A DNA stretch of 64,000 nucleotides. Source: an uncultured Bdellovibrionales bacterium (GTDB taxonomy: Bacteria; Patescibacteriota; Minisyncoccia; Moranbacterales; DUUL01). Of the stretch, positions 9,980-19,743 are shown piece after piece. The position numbers and the translations under genes were made by a program. Location of the stretch: positions 20,325 through 84,324 of the forward strand of contig CAYFUG010000001.1 in the NCBI GenBank assembly GCA_964346295.1, in the 5' to 3' direction. The notes beneath the pieces are model-generated. The model ran no database searches. It was not told where the DNA came from and worked only from the letters and a program-made list of their open reading frames with translations. Positions within the stretch are counted from its first letter, which is position 1; every line of letters begins with the position of its first letter.

Positions 9980-11461
9980 ATGTCTTTAATTCGAGCCTCA
10001 CTATTCCTAACTCTAGCAGAGTTATTTTTTAATTTCAGCGGTTATATCACCCGCTCGGCTTTAACGCGCATTTTAGGCCCAGAAGATTATGGACGATATG
10101 GAATTATCATCACCTTCTCTACTTTAGTAGTGGTTTTAATTGGCCGAGGAATACCAATTGCCATGAGTAAACAACTAAGCGAGGTGATAACTAGTCGCCC
10201 TCAATTAGTGCTTCCAATTAAAGTCACTGCCGCTAAAATCCAAGTGGTCTTGATATTGGCCGCCAGCTTAATCTACTGGCTTTTGTCTCCGGTTTTTGCT
10301 TGGGCCCTTAACGATTCCTCACTCACCCCCCTCTTTAGACTTTCTACTCTCACTATTCCCACCTTTGCAGCTGCCAGCTTTTATATTTACTACTTCAACG
10401 GCCTCCAGCAATTTGGAAGATCCTCCCTTACTAAACTTTCCCGAGGAATTTTCAAAATCGGCTTGGTAGTTAGCCTAGGGATGCTATTTTCTATTAGTGG
10501 CGCTGTATGGGGTCACGCTCTCACTCCTTTGGCAGTATTTATTTTTGCCTGGTTAATTGACACCTCCAATTCAAAATTCCGGACTGCCAGCAACAAATCT
10601 TCGACTAAAACTGAATCTTCCCCTCAAGAAGTTGACTGGAAAAGTCTTTTGGGGTTTGCTTGGCCAGTGATTCTATTTATGATTTTTTACGAATTGATGA
10701 TCTCAATTGATCTTTACATGGTTAAGGCTATCTTGGGGAGTGACTCCCAAGCCGGATTCTACGATGTCGCTCTCACCATCAGCCGAATTCCCTATCACGG
10801 GTTCTACTTCCTGACAATTATCCTGCTCCCGAAAATTTCTCAAATTTTAAGCAACAAAAAAACCCAAGAAGCTCAAAGGATTGTCCAAAAAGCCTTTCGA
10901 TTTTTACTAATGATTCTGATCCCCGGAGTTGCCCTACTTTCAATTTTCGCTTCTTCTGCCATTACTCTCTTTTCTGGAAATGATTATTTGGAAGCGACGG
11001 GAGCTCTTCAAATTATTGCCTTTGGAATGGGATTCCTGACTATTTTCTATATCCTGGCCTTCGTACTAAAAGGAGCTGGGGAAAATCACATTTCAATGAG
11101 AATTGCTTTTATGGGAGGACTGGTGAACAGTCTCTTAAATTTTTTCTTAATTCAAAAGTGGGGCTTGCCCGGCGCGGCCATTGCCACCTCGCTAACCTCC
11201 TTCTTGGTGATGATCTTAGCTATCTACTTTACTAAAAGAAAAATAGGATCCTTTCTCCCTGGTGTAGATTTAGTGAAATATTTATTGGCTACAGGAGTGA
11301 TTTCTTTACTGGCTTTAAATCTCCCTCCGGGAAAATTTATTTTTTTAATTTGGTCAATCTTGCTAATGGGATTATATCTTACTCTACTTTGGATACTGCG
11401 GGCAATTAATCTGGAAGATGGACGGTATCTGAAGAATAACTTCCTAAAAAGAAAACCTTGA
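9980..11461 (+). CDS. Polysaccharide flippase (Wzx/MOP superfamily)
   Basis: RILGPEDYGRY, GIPIAMSK, IDLYMVK, AGFY, LLPKIS and GAAIATS motifs; about 14 TM. Confidence 0.88.
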   Translation: MSLIRASLFLTLAELFFNFSGYITRSALTRILGPEDYGRYGIIITFSTLVVVLIGRGIPIAMSKQLSEVITSRPQLVLPIKVTAAKIQVVLILAASLIYWLLSPVFAWALNDSSLTPLFRLSTLTIPTFAAASFYIYYFNGLQQFGRSSLTKLSRGIFKIGLVVSLGMLFSISGAVWGHALTPLAVFIFAWLIDTSNSKFRTASNKSSTKTESSPQEVDWKSLLGFAWPVILFMIFYELMISIDLYMVKAILGSDSQAGFYDVALTISRIPYHGFYFLTIILLPKISQILSNKKTQEAQRIVQKAFRFLLMILIPGVALLSIFASSAITLFSGNDYLEATGALQIIAFGMGFLTIFYILAFVLKGAGENHISMRIAFMGGLVNSLLNFFLIQKWGLPGAAIATSLTSFLVMILAIYFTKRKIGSFLPGVDLVKYLLATGVISLLALNLPPGKFIFLIWSILLMGLYLTLLWILRAINLEDGRYLKNNFLKRKP

Positions 11462-11534
11462 CTTGGAATTTTAAAAAAAAATTGCTATAGTAAATTTAAT
11501 AAACTCTTGTCTTTAAAAAGATAAACAAACATCA

Positions 11535-11735
11535 ATGAAAATTTCCGTCGATCATGAAAAATGCGTGGGATGTGGCCGCTGTACCGAGGTTTGTCCTGCT
11601 GTTTTCCGCCTAGAAGAATCAGGAGAAAATGCCGGAAAATCTCACATTTACGGAGAAGAAACCCCAGAAAATATTGACTGCGCTAAATCTGCTGCTGACC
11701 AGTGTCCGGTGGGAGCTATTTGGGTTGATGAGTAA
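11535..11735 (+). CDS. Ferredoxin (single [4Fe-4S] type)
   Basis: CVGCGRC..VCP and CPVGAI motifs in 66 aa. Confidence 0.92.
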   Translation: MKISVDHEKCVGCGRCTEVCPAVFRLEESGENAGKSHIYGEETPENIDCAKSAADQCPVGAIWVDE

Positions 11736-11783
11736 AAATCAGCTCTTGGTGCGCACACTCTCCTTTCTCTGTTCTCAAGAGAA

Positions 11784-11820
11784 AAAATACTCCACTAAAT
11801 TTTGTTTAGTGGAGTATTTT
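11784..11820. terminator. Bidirectional terminator
   Basis: Perfect AAAATACTCCACTAAA/TTTAGTGGAGTATTTT inverted repeat between convergent genes. Confidence 0.75.
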
Positions 11821-11906
11821 ATTGATTCTCTTCTTGAAAAAATCAACTAGAACAGCCAATTTTCTTGCAAGAGCGCCAAAATTTTCACTTCGCATTGCTT
11901 CCTATT

Positions 11907-12017
11907 CTAAAAAGCCTGGAACATTGGCGCCAGAGTAAACCCTAGCATGCCAATCACCGCCAAGACAGAAATAATAATCCAGACTATTTTCATTTTCTTT
12001 CGCGTTCTTCTAAGCAT
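11907..12017 (-). CDS. 36-aa single-TM small protein (absent from the ORF track)
   Basis: MLRRTRKKMKIVWIIISVLAVIGMLGFTLAPMFQAF, basic N-terminus plus TM, directly downstream of tpiA. Confidence 0.6.
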   Translation of the reverse strand: MLRRTRKKMKIVWIIISVLAVIGMLGFTLAPMFQAF

Positions 12018-12080
12018 ATATTTGATAAGATTAATCTTGATTTAGAAACTTCTTAAAAATTCGACTGACCAAACTACTGA

Positions 12081-12875
12081 CTAACTAGCCTCTTCCATCA
12101 TCTGCGCGATTTTAACCAGCTCCAAAGGCTTCAAGCTCGCACTTCCTACCAATGCCCCATCCATACCGGATCTGAGACAAATTTCTTCTACATTTTGAGA
12201 ATCCACGCTGCCTCCGTAAATAACCGCAGCTTGTTCTGCCAGTCGAGGACCATAAGTCTTAGAGAGAAATTTTTGAATCACTAGCCGAGCGCTCATAATA
12301 TCATTTTGATCTGGCAAACGAGCTGGTCCATTAGCGCTAATCGCCCAAATCGGCTCATAGCAAAAAATGATTCTTCGCACTCGGATAGCCTCTAGTTCCC
12401 CCAGGTATCCTTTTAGCTGATTACTGACCATCTCAAAAGTTTTTCCCTCCTCTTTTTCTTGAGCGCTTTCCCCCACACAAACAATCGGGATCAGACTTTC
12501 TTTGAGAGCAGCTTGTAATTTTTGAGCAATCATTTTAGCATCTTCTCCAAAATAACGCTTCCTCTCACTGTGACCCAGAATTACGTAGCGAGCGCCCCAG
12601 CTATATAAAGCTCGAGGGCTGGTTTCCCCAGTAAAAGCTCCTTTGCTTTCCCAGAAACAATTTTGCCCCCCCGTCTCCACTCGAGAATCTTGAAGAGACT
12701 TACTAAACTCCTCCAGGTGTAGATCGGGCGCGCAAAGTACAAACTTCACTTCAGACAATTTTTTTCCGTCTAACTCTAGGGATTTATTAAAACCCTCAAT
12801 CCAACGCTTCCTCTCGTAAGGAGAATTAAAATTCATTTTGAAATTTGCCGCAACAATCTTTTCTTTTTTAAACAT
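12081..12875 (-). CDS. tpiA: Triosephosphate isomerase
   Basis: ANFKMN, GAFTGE, GHSERK, YEPIWAI, YGGSV and LVGSASL motifs. Confidence 0.97.
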   Translation of the reverse strand: MFKKEKIVAANFKMNFNSPYERKRWIEGFNKSLELDGKKLSEVKFVLCAPDLHLEEFSKSLQDSRVETGGQNCFWESKGAFTGETSPRALYSWGARYVILGHSERKRYFGEDAKMIAQKLQAALKESLIPIVCVGESAQEKEEGKTFEMVSNQLKGYLGELEAIRVRRIIFCYEPIWAISANGPARLPDQNDIMSARLVIQKFLSKTYGPRLAEQAAVIYGGSVDSQNVEEICLRSGMDGALVGSASLKPLELVKIAQMMEEAS

Positions 12876-12895
12876 TTATTTATTCAATTCACAGA

Positions 12896-14932
12896 TTAAT
12901 TACAGCCACAACCGTTAGCTCCTCCAATGGAAACATGCACATGATTACCCTCTCCCCAAACATAGGCCTTCGAATTACATTGAATTGCTGCATAATTAAT
13001 TATATCTCCATATTGCTCCTCAGCCATATCCACCGCATAGGATTTTCCTACGCATTTAGTTCCTCCGTAATGGCAAGACCCCTTCTTGTGAGCACAGCCG
13101 CTAGAATAGTTACTAACAATGCATTTATTCATCCCGTAATTATCAGAGATTGAGCTAATCACCTTGGCCTGCTTGGGTAGTTTGTCGCTCATACACACGA
13201 TAAAGGAAATCAGCTCTTCAGCGGCATCTCCCTTAGTGATCTGGGCTCTAATCCCAGATTGATATTCATAGCTATCGATTCCCTTGCTAGTGTCTGGAGT
13301 CGGCCAATCTGATTGATATTCGCTTGGAGGAGCCGGAAAATGACCCATGTATTTACCACCATTCCAACTTCCCGCGTTGCCATCACCAGTTGTCCCCGGA
13401 GGAATGTTATTAGTGATTCCTCCTTCGTAGCCATCAAAAACGCTATTGGCATCACAGGTGAACTGAAACCAGCCTTCTCCTTTTTTAAAAGATCCGATTT
13501 TGTCTTGATCCACCGAGATAAAAACCAAGAGAGTGTAGACTATCAGCCAACTCAACATAGAAATTCCAAAACCCGTCAAAGTTTTGGTTAAAATCCCCTT
13601 TGCCGTTGATTTAAGACCAGGGTTTACTCCGGAAAACATATACATCAAACCCGCGACCGTAACAAAAACAATAGAGACGATGATCAAGAGCGCAAAAGCT
13701 AGGTCAAAGAGGTTTTTAAGTAGGATAAGGAGATGACAGAGAGTGCAAGAAGCAGCTTCATTGTAAGGAGTTCTGCCGTCATCACACTCTCTTCCGCAAG
13801 GAACTAGCGATTTATTAAAAGTAAAGGGACTGCCGGAGATTCCTTCGCTAGGCTGAGTACCTTGGCAATACCCCCCGCTTCCACCGTATTGCTCGCTTAA
13901 TCGCTCTTGAAATTCCCGCGCAGCTTGTTCGGCTTCAGCCGCCGCCCTCTCAGCTTCTTCATCAGACGCCTCTTGTGCCCTCCAAAACTTCTCGGAGACA
14001 AGCTTCTCAACAAATTTCTCCTGACTCAAATTCTCTTTTTTGTATATTTCAGAAACCGAAAGCTCATACTCTCTACCCAACTCGTAAGTAGAGTAGAGAT
14101 CATAGTAATTTCGATCAGTAGAAAATCTGGAAAATAAATCATTTTCGTCGTAACAATGCAAGCAGTCTCTCTTTTCCCAGCTTCCATACCCCTTCTCAAT
14201 TCCACTGCCTCTGGGGTTATAAGCATGAGGGAATTTCTTAGTTAATTTAACTTTAACTTTGCCATCAGAAGCATCTTCTGTTGCTTCTCCAATAAAATAA
14301 TTGACTAGGTAGTGCTTACCTCTCTCTATTTCATACTCTTTGAAGGGGAAATAAAACTTTTCACCCCTGCTTATTTCACTAGCAACCTCCGGACCGCTTT
14401 CTAGTTCAACTTGAATACCTGTGTTTCCCTGAAGATAATGGTTGACTACTGCTTGAATTATATGCACTTCTCCTGAAACCAAAGAGCTCTTCTGAGCTCG
14501 GTGCTCCTCTCCTTCTTCATATTCACCAGAAGAAAACCAACTTCCCTCAAAATCCTCTTCTCCATAACAGTACCTTCTGACATTAATCGCACAATTCCAG
14601 GTACTATCGTCAACTCCTTGATTGTTGGCCTCTGGAGAATAAGAAAAAATATATCGCTTGGTTGGCTCAATTAAGACATAGTCAGCACCATTAGACTGCA
14701 CTATCGCTCTATGCAAATAGACTTTAGTCCTCACGCAACCTTTTTCTCCAGCAACCCCACAAATTCTTACTCCTTCTTCTTTTTTCTCAAAAAACCAAAC
14801 TTCATCTCCAACAGTCAATTTATCAGCCGCCTGAGAAAAACTAAACAAACTAGACCAGAAAGCTACTAAGAAAAATATTCCTAACGACCAACGATTTATT
14901 TTAGCTAATTTCATTTTTGTTTTCATTTTCAT
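12896..14932 (-). CDS. Large secreted protein with VirB2-like pilin domain and C-terminal M15-like zinc peptidase motif
   Basis: Signal peptide; LVPCG...CTLCHL...AK..L...L.G pilin segment; C-terminal SCHY..AVD...HVHVS. Confidence 0.7.
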   Translation of the reverse strand: MKMKTKMKLAKINRWSLGIFFLVAFWSSLFSFSQAADKLTVGDEVWFFEKKEEGVRICGVAGEKGCVRTKVYLHRAIVQSNGADYVLIEPTKRYIFSYSPEANNQGVDDSTWNCAINVRRYCYGEEDFEGSWFSSGEYEEGEEHRAQKSSLVSGEVHIIQAVVNHYLQGNTGIQVELESGPEVASEISRGEKFYFPFKEYEIERGKHYLVNYFIGEATEDASDGKVKVKLTKKFPHAYNPRGSGIEKGYGSWEKRDCLHCYDENDLFSRFSTDRNYYDLYSTYELGREYELSVSEIYKKENLSQEKFVEKLVSEKFWRAQEASDEEAERAAAEAEQAAREFQERLSEQYGGSGGYCQGTQPSEGISGSPFTFNKSLVPCGRECDDGRTPYNEAASCTLCHLLILLKNLFDLAFALLIIVSIVFVTVAGLMYMFSGVNPGLKSTAKGILTKTLTGFGISMLSWLIVYTLLVFISVDQDKIGSFKKGEGWFQFTCDANSVFDGYEGGITNNIPPGTTGDGNAGSWNGGKYMGHFPAPPSEYQSDWPTPDTSKGIDSYEYQSGIRAQITKGDAAEELISFIVCMSDKLPKQAKVISSISDNYGMNKCIVSNYSSGCAHKKGSCHYGGTKCVGKSYAVDMAEEQYGDIINYAAIQCNSKAYVWGEGNHVHVSIGGANGCGCN

Positions 14933-14958
14933 TTTATATAAGAACGGAAATTAAAAAG

Positions 14959-15825
14959 CTAATTCTCGACTCGGCATTCCACCTCCACCTCCGGACAATG
15001 AAAAATTATCCTTCCCTGCTGATCGGTACGAAAAAGTTCTACTTCCTTTTCCTTTAGGCGTTCCAAAACCTCCTCATGAGGATGGCCGTAACGGTTATCT
15101 TTACCAGCGCTAATAATTGCTATCTTAGGAGTAACTTTAGTCAAAAAAATTTCACTAGTAGAACTCTTGGATCCATGGTGGCCTACCTTCAGAAAATCCA
15201 CATCCACACTGGATTGATCTAGAATTAAATCTTTTTCAGCGTCTTTTTCGGCGTCACCAACAAAAAGAAAGGAGTTTTGGCCGTAATCAAGCCGGAAGAC
15301 TACCGAATTCTCATTGCGATCATCTTCAGTAGTGACCAAATAATCCGGTGCAAAAAATTCCATTCTCAGATCCTCTTCAATGCTCAAAACCGACCCCTCT
15401 CCCACCACCTCTTGTGATACGGAAAACTTCTCCAACTCCGCTTGTAATTGTTGATAAATCTCAGTTTCCGATCCTTGGCCACTACTCATAAACAACTTCA
15501 CTTGATAATTACCCAAGAGTTGCACCAATCCCCCTAGATGATCCTCGTCCGGATGAGTTAAAATCACTACTTCAATCTGTTTATCACCCGGCGGCATAAC
15601 CTCCCCCAATTCGGAAAGAAGTCTTCTTCCGTTAGGGCCACCATCGACAAGAATTTGATACTCTCCTTGGTAGTTAATTAAAGTAGCGTCTCCTTGACCC
15701 ACATCCAAAAAGCTAACTCGCAAACTAGCTTCCTCCCTTTGTTCCGCTGAAACTCGCCAATCTAAAGCCAGCACTGCCACTAATACAATATCCAGAACTA
15801 ATAAAAACCTTCGGTACCTATTCAT
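14959..15825 (-). CDS. ComEC/Rec2-type metallo-beta-lactamase domain protein
   Basis: FLDVGQGDA, THPDEDHLGG, KVGHHGS, NRYGHP and RTD..G motifs. Confidence 0.92.
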   Translation of the reverse strand: MNRYRRFLLVLDIVLVAVLALDWRVSAEQREEASLRVSFLDVGQGDATLINYQGEYQILVDGGPNGRRLLSELGEVMPPGDKQIEVVILTHPDEDHLGGLVQLLGNYQVKLFMSSGQGSETEIYQQLQAELEKFSVSQEVVGEGSVLSIEEDLRMEFFAPDYLVTTEDDRNENSVVFRLDYGQNSFLFVGDAEKDAEKDLILDQSSVDVDFLKVGHHGSKSSTSEIFLTKVTPKIAIISAGKDNRYGHPHEEVLERLKEKEVELFRTDQQGRIIFHCPEVEVECRVEN

Positions 15826-15975
15826 TTTAATTCCTCACTAGCGCATTAACTTAACCGCTCCTTCTATTATTCGCCTACTAATTAGGCAAATAGCAAGACA
15901 AAAAAATCCTAGAACTTCCCTAACTCTAACATGAAAATCCTAGTAAATAAATCGTAGTGCCCCTCTCTTCTTGCT

Positions 15976-17094
15976 TTACTTAATTTTAATATCTCGTAAA
16001 ATTTCTTCCCCCTCTTTGCCAAGCCGAATTCCCTGAACTCGAATACTCTCTTCCTCCACTTGAAAAACAGTATAAATATTACCCTTAAGAGCTCGATCAT
16101 ACTTACGAGAGTTGCCTACATTGCCACTTAAGACAAAATCCACTCCTGAGACAATTTTGTGGTCAAAAGCGTTTTCATGTCCAGAGATCACCAAATCGAC
16201 CTGATTCACCTGAAATATCTCCACTAATTGAGAAGAAAGATTACCCAAGCAACTCAAATCATGGCACTCTTTAGCTGATTTCTTGAAAAAAGTCACTGGA
16301 GGAATATGACTAACAACAATTTTGTTAGCCTTACGAGTATCAGACAAATCCTTCTCTAGCCATTCCAGTTGTTCTTTGTCAACAGCTTCCTTGGCAGGAC
16401 CCCCGGTAAACAAAACAGTAAAGTGCGTATTGCCATAGTCAAAGGAGTAATAAAGAGGACTTTCCTTGCTTAAAAAAACCTCTCCCCAGCTTTCAAGACA
16501 ATCCTCCCCGCACTCAATATCGTGGTTGCCAACCGCTATGTAATAATCCTGGTAGTATTTTTCAATTATCTCCTTCGCCCCTTCGATTCTAGCTTGATTC
16601 TCTTCTAAAGTAGCGGCTCCCGTGGTAATAACATCTCCTGTAAATAAGGCAAACTCCGGCTTACGGTGACTAGTCGCTTGCAAGACAACTTCTAGCTCTT
16701 CATTGTAGCCGGGCGGATCATAGGCCTCAGAATCTCCGATTCCCACGAAAGTGAACCTGGATATTTTTTCTTCTGGGCGCTTGGTTTCTAGTAAGGATTT
16801 TATCGGCAAACTTCTTTCGGAGGCCAGAATCTTAACATCTTCCGCTTCTAAAAAACGATTACCTTCCTTAATATTAGCGCTCTTTTTATCAGAACTGCCC
16901 TTCTTAGAGTTAGAGTCTGCTATAACTGGACGGTTAAATTGACCGGCTAGGTCACTCCAGAGATTGCTTAAGCCCAGCGCTCGAGGAGAATTTTTCTTTT
17001 CTAGCCAAGCATAAGAAACTAGCAAGCCAAAGATTGCTAGCAAAAAAATCACAAAAAAAATCAGATTTACTTTTTTTATTATTTTTAAAGACAT
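15976..17094 (-). CDS. Membrane-anchored calcineurin-like metallophosphoesterase
   Basis: GDSE, TGD, GNHD, SHIPP and SGHE motifs; N-terminal TM. Confidence 0.85.
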   Translation of the reverse strand: MSLKIIKKVNLIFFVIFLLAIFGLLVSYAWLEKKNSPRALGLSNLWSDLAGQFNRPVIADSNSKKGSSDKKSANIKEGNRFLEAEDVKILASERSLPIKSLLETKRPEEKISRFTFVGIGDSEAYDPPGYNEELEVVLQATSHRKPEFALFTGDVITTGAATLEENQARIEGAKEIIEKYYQDYYIAVGNHDIECGEDCLESWGEVFLSKESPLYYSFDYGNTHFTVLFTGGPAKEAVDKEQLEWLEKDLSDTRKANKIVVSHIPPVTFFKKSAKECHDLSCLGNLSSQLVEIFQVNQVDLVISGHENAFDHKIVSGVDFVLSGNVGNSRKYDRALKGNIYTVFQVEEESIRVQGIRLGKEGEEILRDIKIK

Positions 17095-17250
17095 TTTTTC
17101 CCTATCCCCTCAAAAAATGGTCGTTACTTTACTAATAAGTTCATAAAATTATTCACAAAAACCACGAATCAATTAAGTAGTCGTTTAATTACTAAAATAA
17201 CTCCGCTAAACTCCTGACTTTAATCTCCTTTTGGCATCCCCTTGGCATCC

Positions 17251-17586
17251 TTATTTAAAACCGTTTCTTCCTAATCGATCACCTAAAAATAATCCCACTA
17301 AAAAAACTACTACTATCTCTAAATTATTCAAAATAGCTTCTACAAACTTATCCTGAGCAGTTCCATCTTTAGAAATTACAACCACCAAAACCACGCAAAT
17401 AGCCGCTAATACGACCAGAGAAAAAATTAGCAGTGCATACTTAAAAACCAATTTGATTATTAGGTTATGACGGTTTTCGTTTTGCTCCAAATCGGCCTCG
17501 GAAAAAATTCTTTCTAATTGGTCTTCGGGATTGGCCAGGGGCCGAAACTGCTTACGCTTTTTTTTGTTATCAGGCGAATTCGACAT
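17251..17586 (-). CDS. Two-TM hypothetical protein overlapping the IrrE gene
   Basis: Two hydrophobic helices; start overlaps the end of the 17570..18118 ORF. Confidence 0.65.
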   Translation of the reverse strand: MSNSPDNKKKRKQFRPLANPEDQLERIFSEADLEQNENRHNLIIKLVFKYALLIFSLVVLAAICVVLVVVISKDGTAQDKFVEAILNNLEIVVVFLVGLFLGDRLGRNGFK

Positions 17587-18118
17587 AAGGAACAGTGTAA
17601 TTGAGATTTCTTAAACGCAAAACCACCATTAAAAGAGAAACCCGAAACTCCGCGGCAATCTCTCTGAGGACCTCCTCTTCTAATACAACATCCTTTCGAT
17701 GTCCTTCTTTTCCCAAAAAATCCTCCACCACCTCTCCTGGCATCAATAACTCCGCCGCCAATTCATCTGCCTCTTTTTCTAACTTTCCCGGATTCTCTCG
17801 TTTACTTTTTCTAGCAATTCCATCTTTATTAGCCTCAATTAAATCTCGATGCAATATATAATGAGCTAATTCGTGAGCAACAGAAAAGCGCTGCCGAGTG
17901 ACAGGATGAAAGGGGTTAACATAAATTTCGTATCGCTCTTTTTCTTTGTTAAATAGTATTTTGGCGTTGAAGTCACTAGAAAAGCTTTTCAAAAGAGATA
18001 CAATACTCTTCTTGTAGTAAACATCAATCCCTAAATTTTGAGCAAATTTAATAATGTCCAGGCCTCCCCGTTCTTTAAATTCTCGCAGCACCTTTTGGAT
18101 AATCTTTTTTTTATTCAT
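17570..18118 (-). CDS. ImmA/IrrE family metallo-endopeptidase (standalone)
   Basis: RQRFSVAHELAH and EKEADELAAELLMP. Confidence 0.9.
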   Translation of the reverse strand: MNKKKIIQKVLREFKERGGLDIIKFAQNLGIDVYYKKSIVSLLKSFSSDFNAKILFNKEKERYEIYVNPFHPVTRQRFSVAHELAHYILHRDLIEANKDGIARKSKRENPGKLEKEADELAAELLMPGEVVEDFLGKEGHRKDVVLEEEVLREIAAEFRVSLLMVVLRLRNLNYTVPYVEFA

Positions 18119-18124
18119 TTCATT

Positions 18125-18166
18125 GCCTTATATTTTAGCCTTATATTTTGCCTTATATTTTGCCTT
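18125..18166. repeat. Tandem 12-13 bp repeat GCCTTATATTTT, about 3.4 copies
   Basis: Read directly; lies just upstream of the IrrE start codon. Confidence 0.85.
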
Positions 18167-18445
18167 CTGCTTTTAGAAATTAGCTTTCCTTACGGTTCTA
18201 TTTTATTACACTTTCTACTTAAAATCAAATCGGTTCCGAGTATCCTTAATGACTAATCTCCACGAAAAATACCAATAAAACAAACAAGGCAAGTCAAATG
18301 AAGTGATGAAAGCTTAATGTAAGACAACCTAACTCTTGCTGTTGACCTTATTCTTAATTTTAAATCAAAAGACCCTTGAAGCTGAAGCGGTTTCCCTAAA
18401 GATAATTTTCTTTCTACTATTTCTTTTTTAAAGATACTAACAAGG

Positions 18446-18904
18446 CTACTTTTCCTTAATAATCACTTGAATTTCACTAGAGGCAATCTTGCCGAAATTA
18501 ACCTTGACTACCCACTCTCCGGTTTCCTTAAAGGGCCTCTCTATTGCCACTCCTATCTCTCCTTTCAATTCCTCTCCAAATTGATCTTTAAGTTGTTGCC
18601 TAATTTTCTGAGAAATTTGCCCTTTATCCACTGACCCGAACAATTTTCCATCCTTGGCTTTTTCTTCAAAGATAATTTTTTGATCTTTAATTTTATCAAC
18701 TAATTTTTGAACTTTCTCTTTCTGCTGCTTTTTAGCTTGCTCTTCTTCTTTCTGAGAAATTTTGGCCATTTGAATATTCTTTCTGGTAGCTGGCGCCACT
18801 AAATTCCTAGGAATTAAAAAGTTTCGAGCATGGCCATTCGCTACCCTTTTTACCTCCCCCTTCTTCCCAATTCCTTTAACATCTTGATTGAGTACTACTT
18901 GCAT
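18446..18904 (-). CDS. rplI: 50S ribosomal protein L9
   Basis: MQVVLNQDVKGIGKKGEV..VANGHARNFLIP and GKLFGSV. Confidence 0.96.
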   Translation of the reverse strand: MQVVLNQDVKGIGKKGEVKRVANGHARNFLIPRNLVAPATRKNIQMAKISQKEEEQAKKQQKEKVQKLVDKIKDQKIIFEEKAKDGKLFGSVDKGQISQKIRQQLKDQFGEELKGEIGVAIERPFKETGEWVVKVNFGKIASSEIQVIIKEK

Positions 18905-18989
18905 AAATTTAAATTAATAATTATTAAATTCAACCATTTGCCTCCTAGCATACAAAATTTCACCTAAAACCGCAAGATAAAGAAATAAA

Positions 18990-19019
18990 AAAGCAGCTCT
19001 CTCGAAAGAAAGCTGCTTT
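18990..19019 (-). terminator. Terminator downstream of type IV pilin
   Basis: AAAGCAGCT...AGCTGCTTT stem with an A-run (U-run on the minus strand). Confidence 0.65.
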
Positions 19020-19054
19020 AAGTGATTGATCGATTTTCTAAGGACTTTACTGAT

Positions 19055-19519
19055 TTACTGCAAGCACGCCGCGGGATTGCTAGCTCCATTGCAAATTGCA
19101 CAAGAGCCCGCTTTATTACCGTGGTATTGGCAAGCAACTCGGGTTTGATAACCATTTAACTCTCCTCCATACAACCAAACATGTCCTTTGTAAGCGGCGC
19201 CGGAGTGATTAACGCTATAGATCCTTAGATTAGTATACCCATCTGGTATGCTAATGGTAGCTGGTAGAGTCGGGCAAATTCTTTGGCCGTTGGTAATATC
19301 CCTATAACTACTTCCAGCATAGGCATTCTCACTAAGATGACAATCCATAATAGGACCCATAGCACTTTTTACAGTTTGTAGGGCACTAGTTACTCGAGCT
19401 CTTTCTCTTTGGTTACCAATTCCTACAATTACAGCTGCGGCTAGGATTCCAATGATAGCCATTACTAAGAGTAGTTCGATCAGGGTAAAACCTTTTTGGT
19501 TTTTTTTGAGATGTTTCAT
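19055..19519 (-). CDS. Type IV pilin / type II secretion pseudopilin
   Basis: KG|FTLIELLLVMAIIGILAA prepilin cleavage motif; Cys-rich C-terminus. Confidence 0.92.
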   Translation of the reverse strand: MKHLKKNQKGFTLIELLLVMAIIGILAAAVIVGIGNQRERARVTSALQTVKSAMGPIMDCHLSENAYAGSSYRDITNGQRICPTLPATISIPDGYTNLRIYSVNHSGAAYKGHVWLYGGELNGYQTRVACQYHGNKAGSCAICNGASNPAACLQ

Positions 19520-19743
19520 TTTTTACTTTTTTATCTTCTTGCGCTTTGGTCTGGGTGGTTATTATTTAAGACCACTCCGGAAGAAGAGTTGTTTAGTTTT
19601 AGTTGGATAAATTAAATGGTAGGTTAATTTTAGCAAAAATTTTACTAGCAGGCAAGAGCTAAGAAAAAATCGGCCTTAAAAACAAAAACTATCCGCATAG
19701 ATTTTAAGCCCTGGACCTCCAATTTAACTAAAATAACCCTATT

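Noticed and set aside
19520-19620. Possible riboswitch upstream of the type IV pilin
   Set aside because: Some pairing potential, but no recognisable aptamer consensus such as c-di-GMP.
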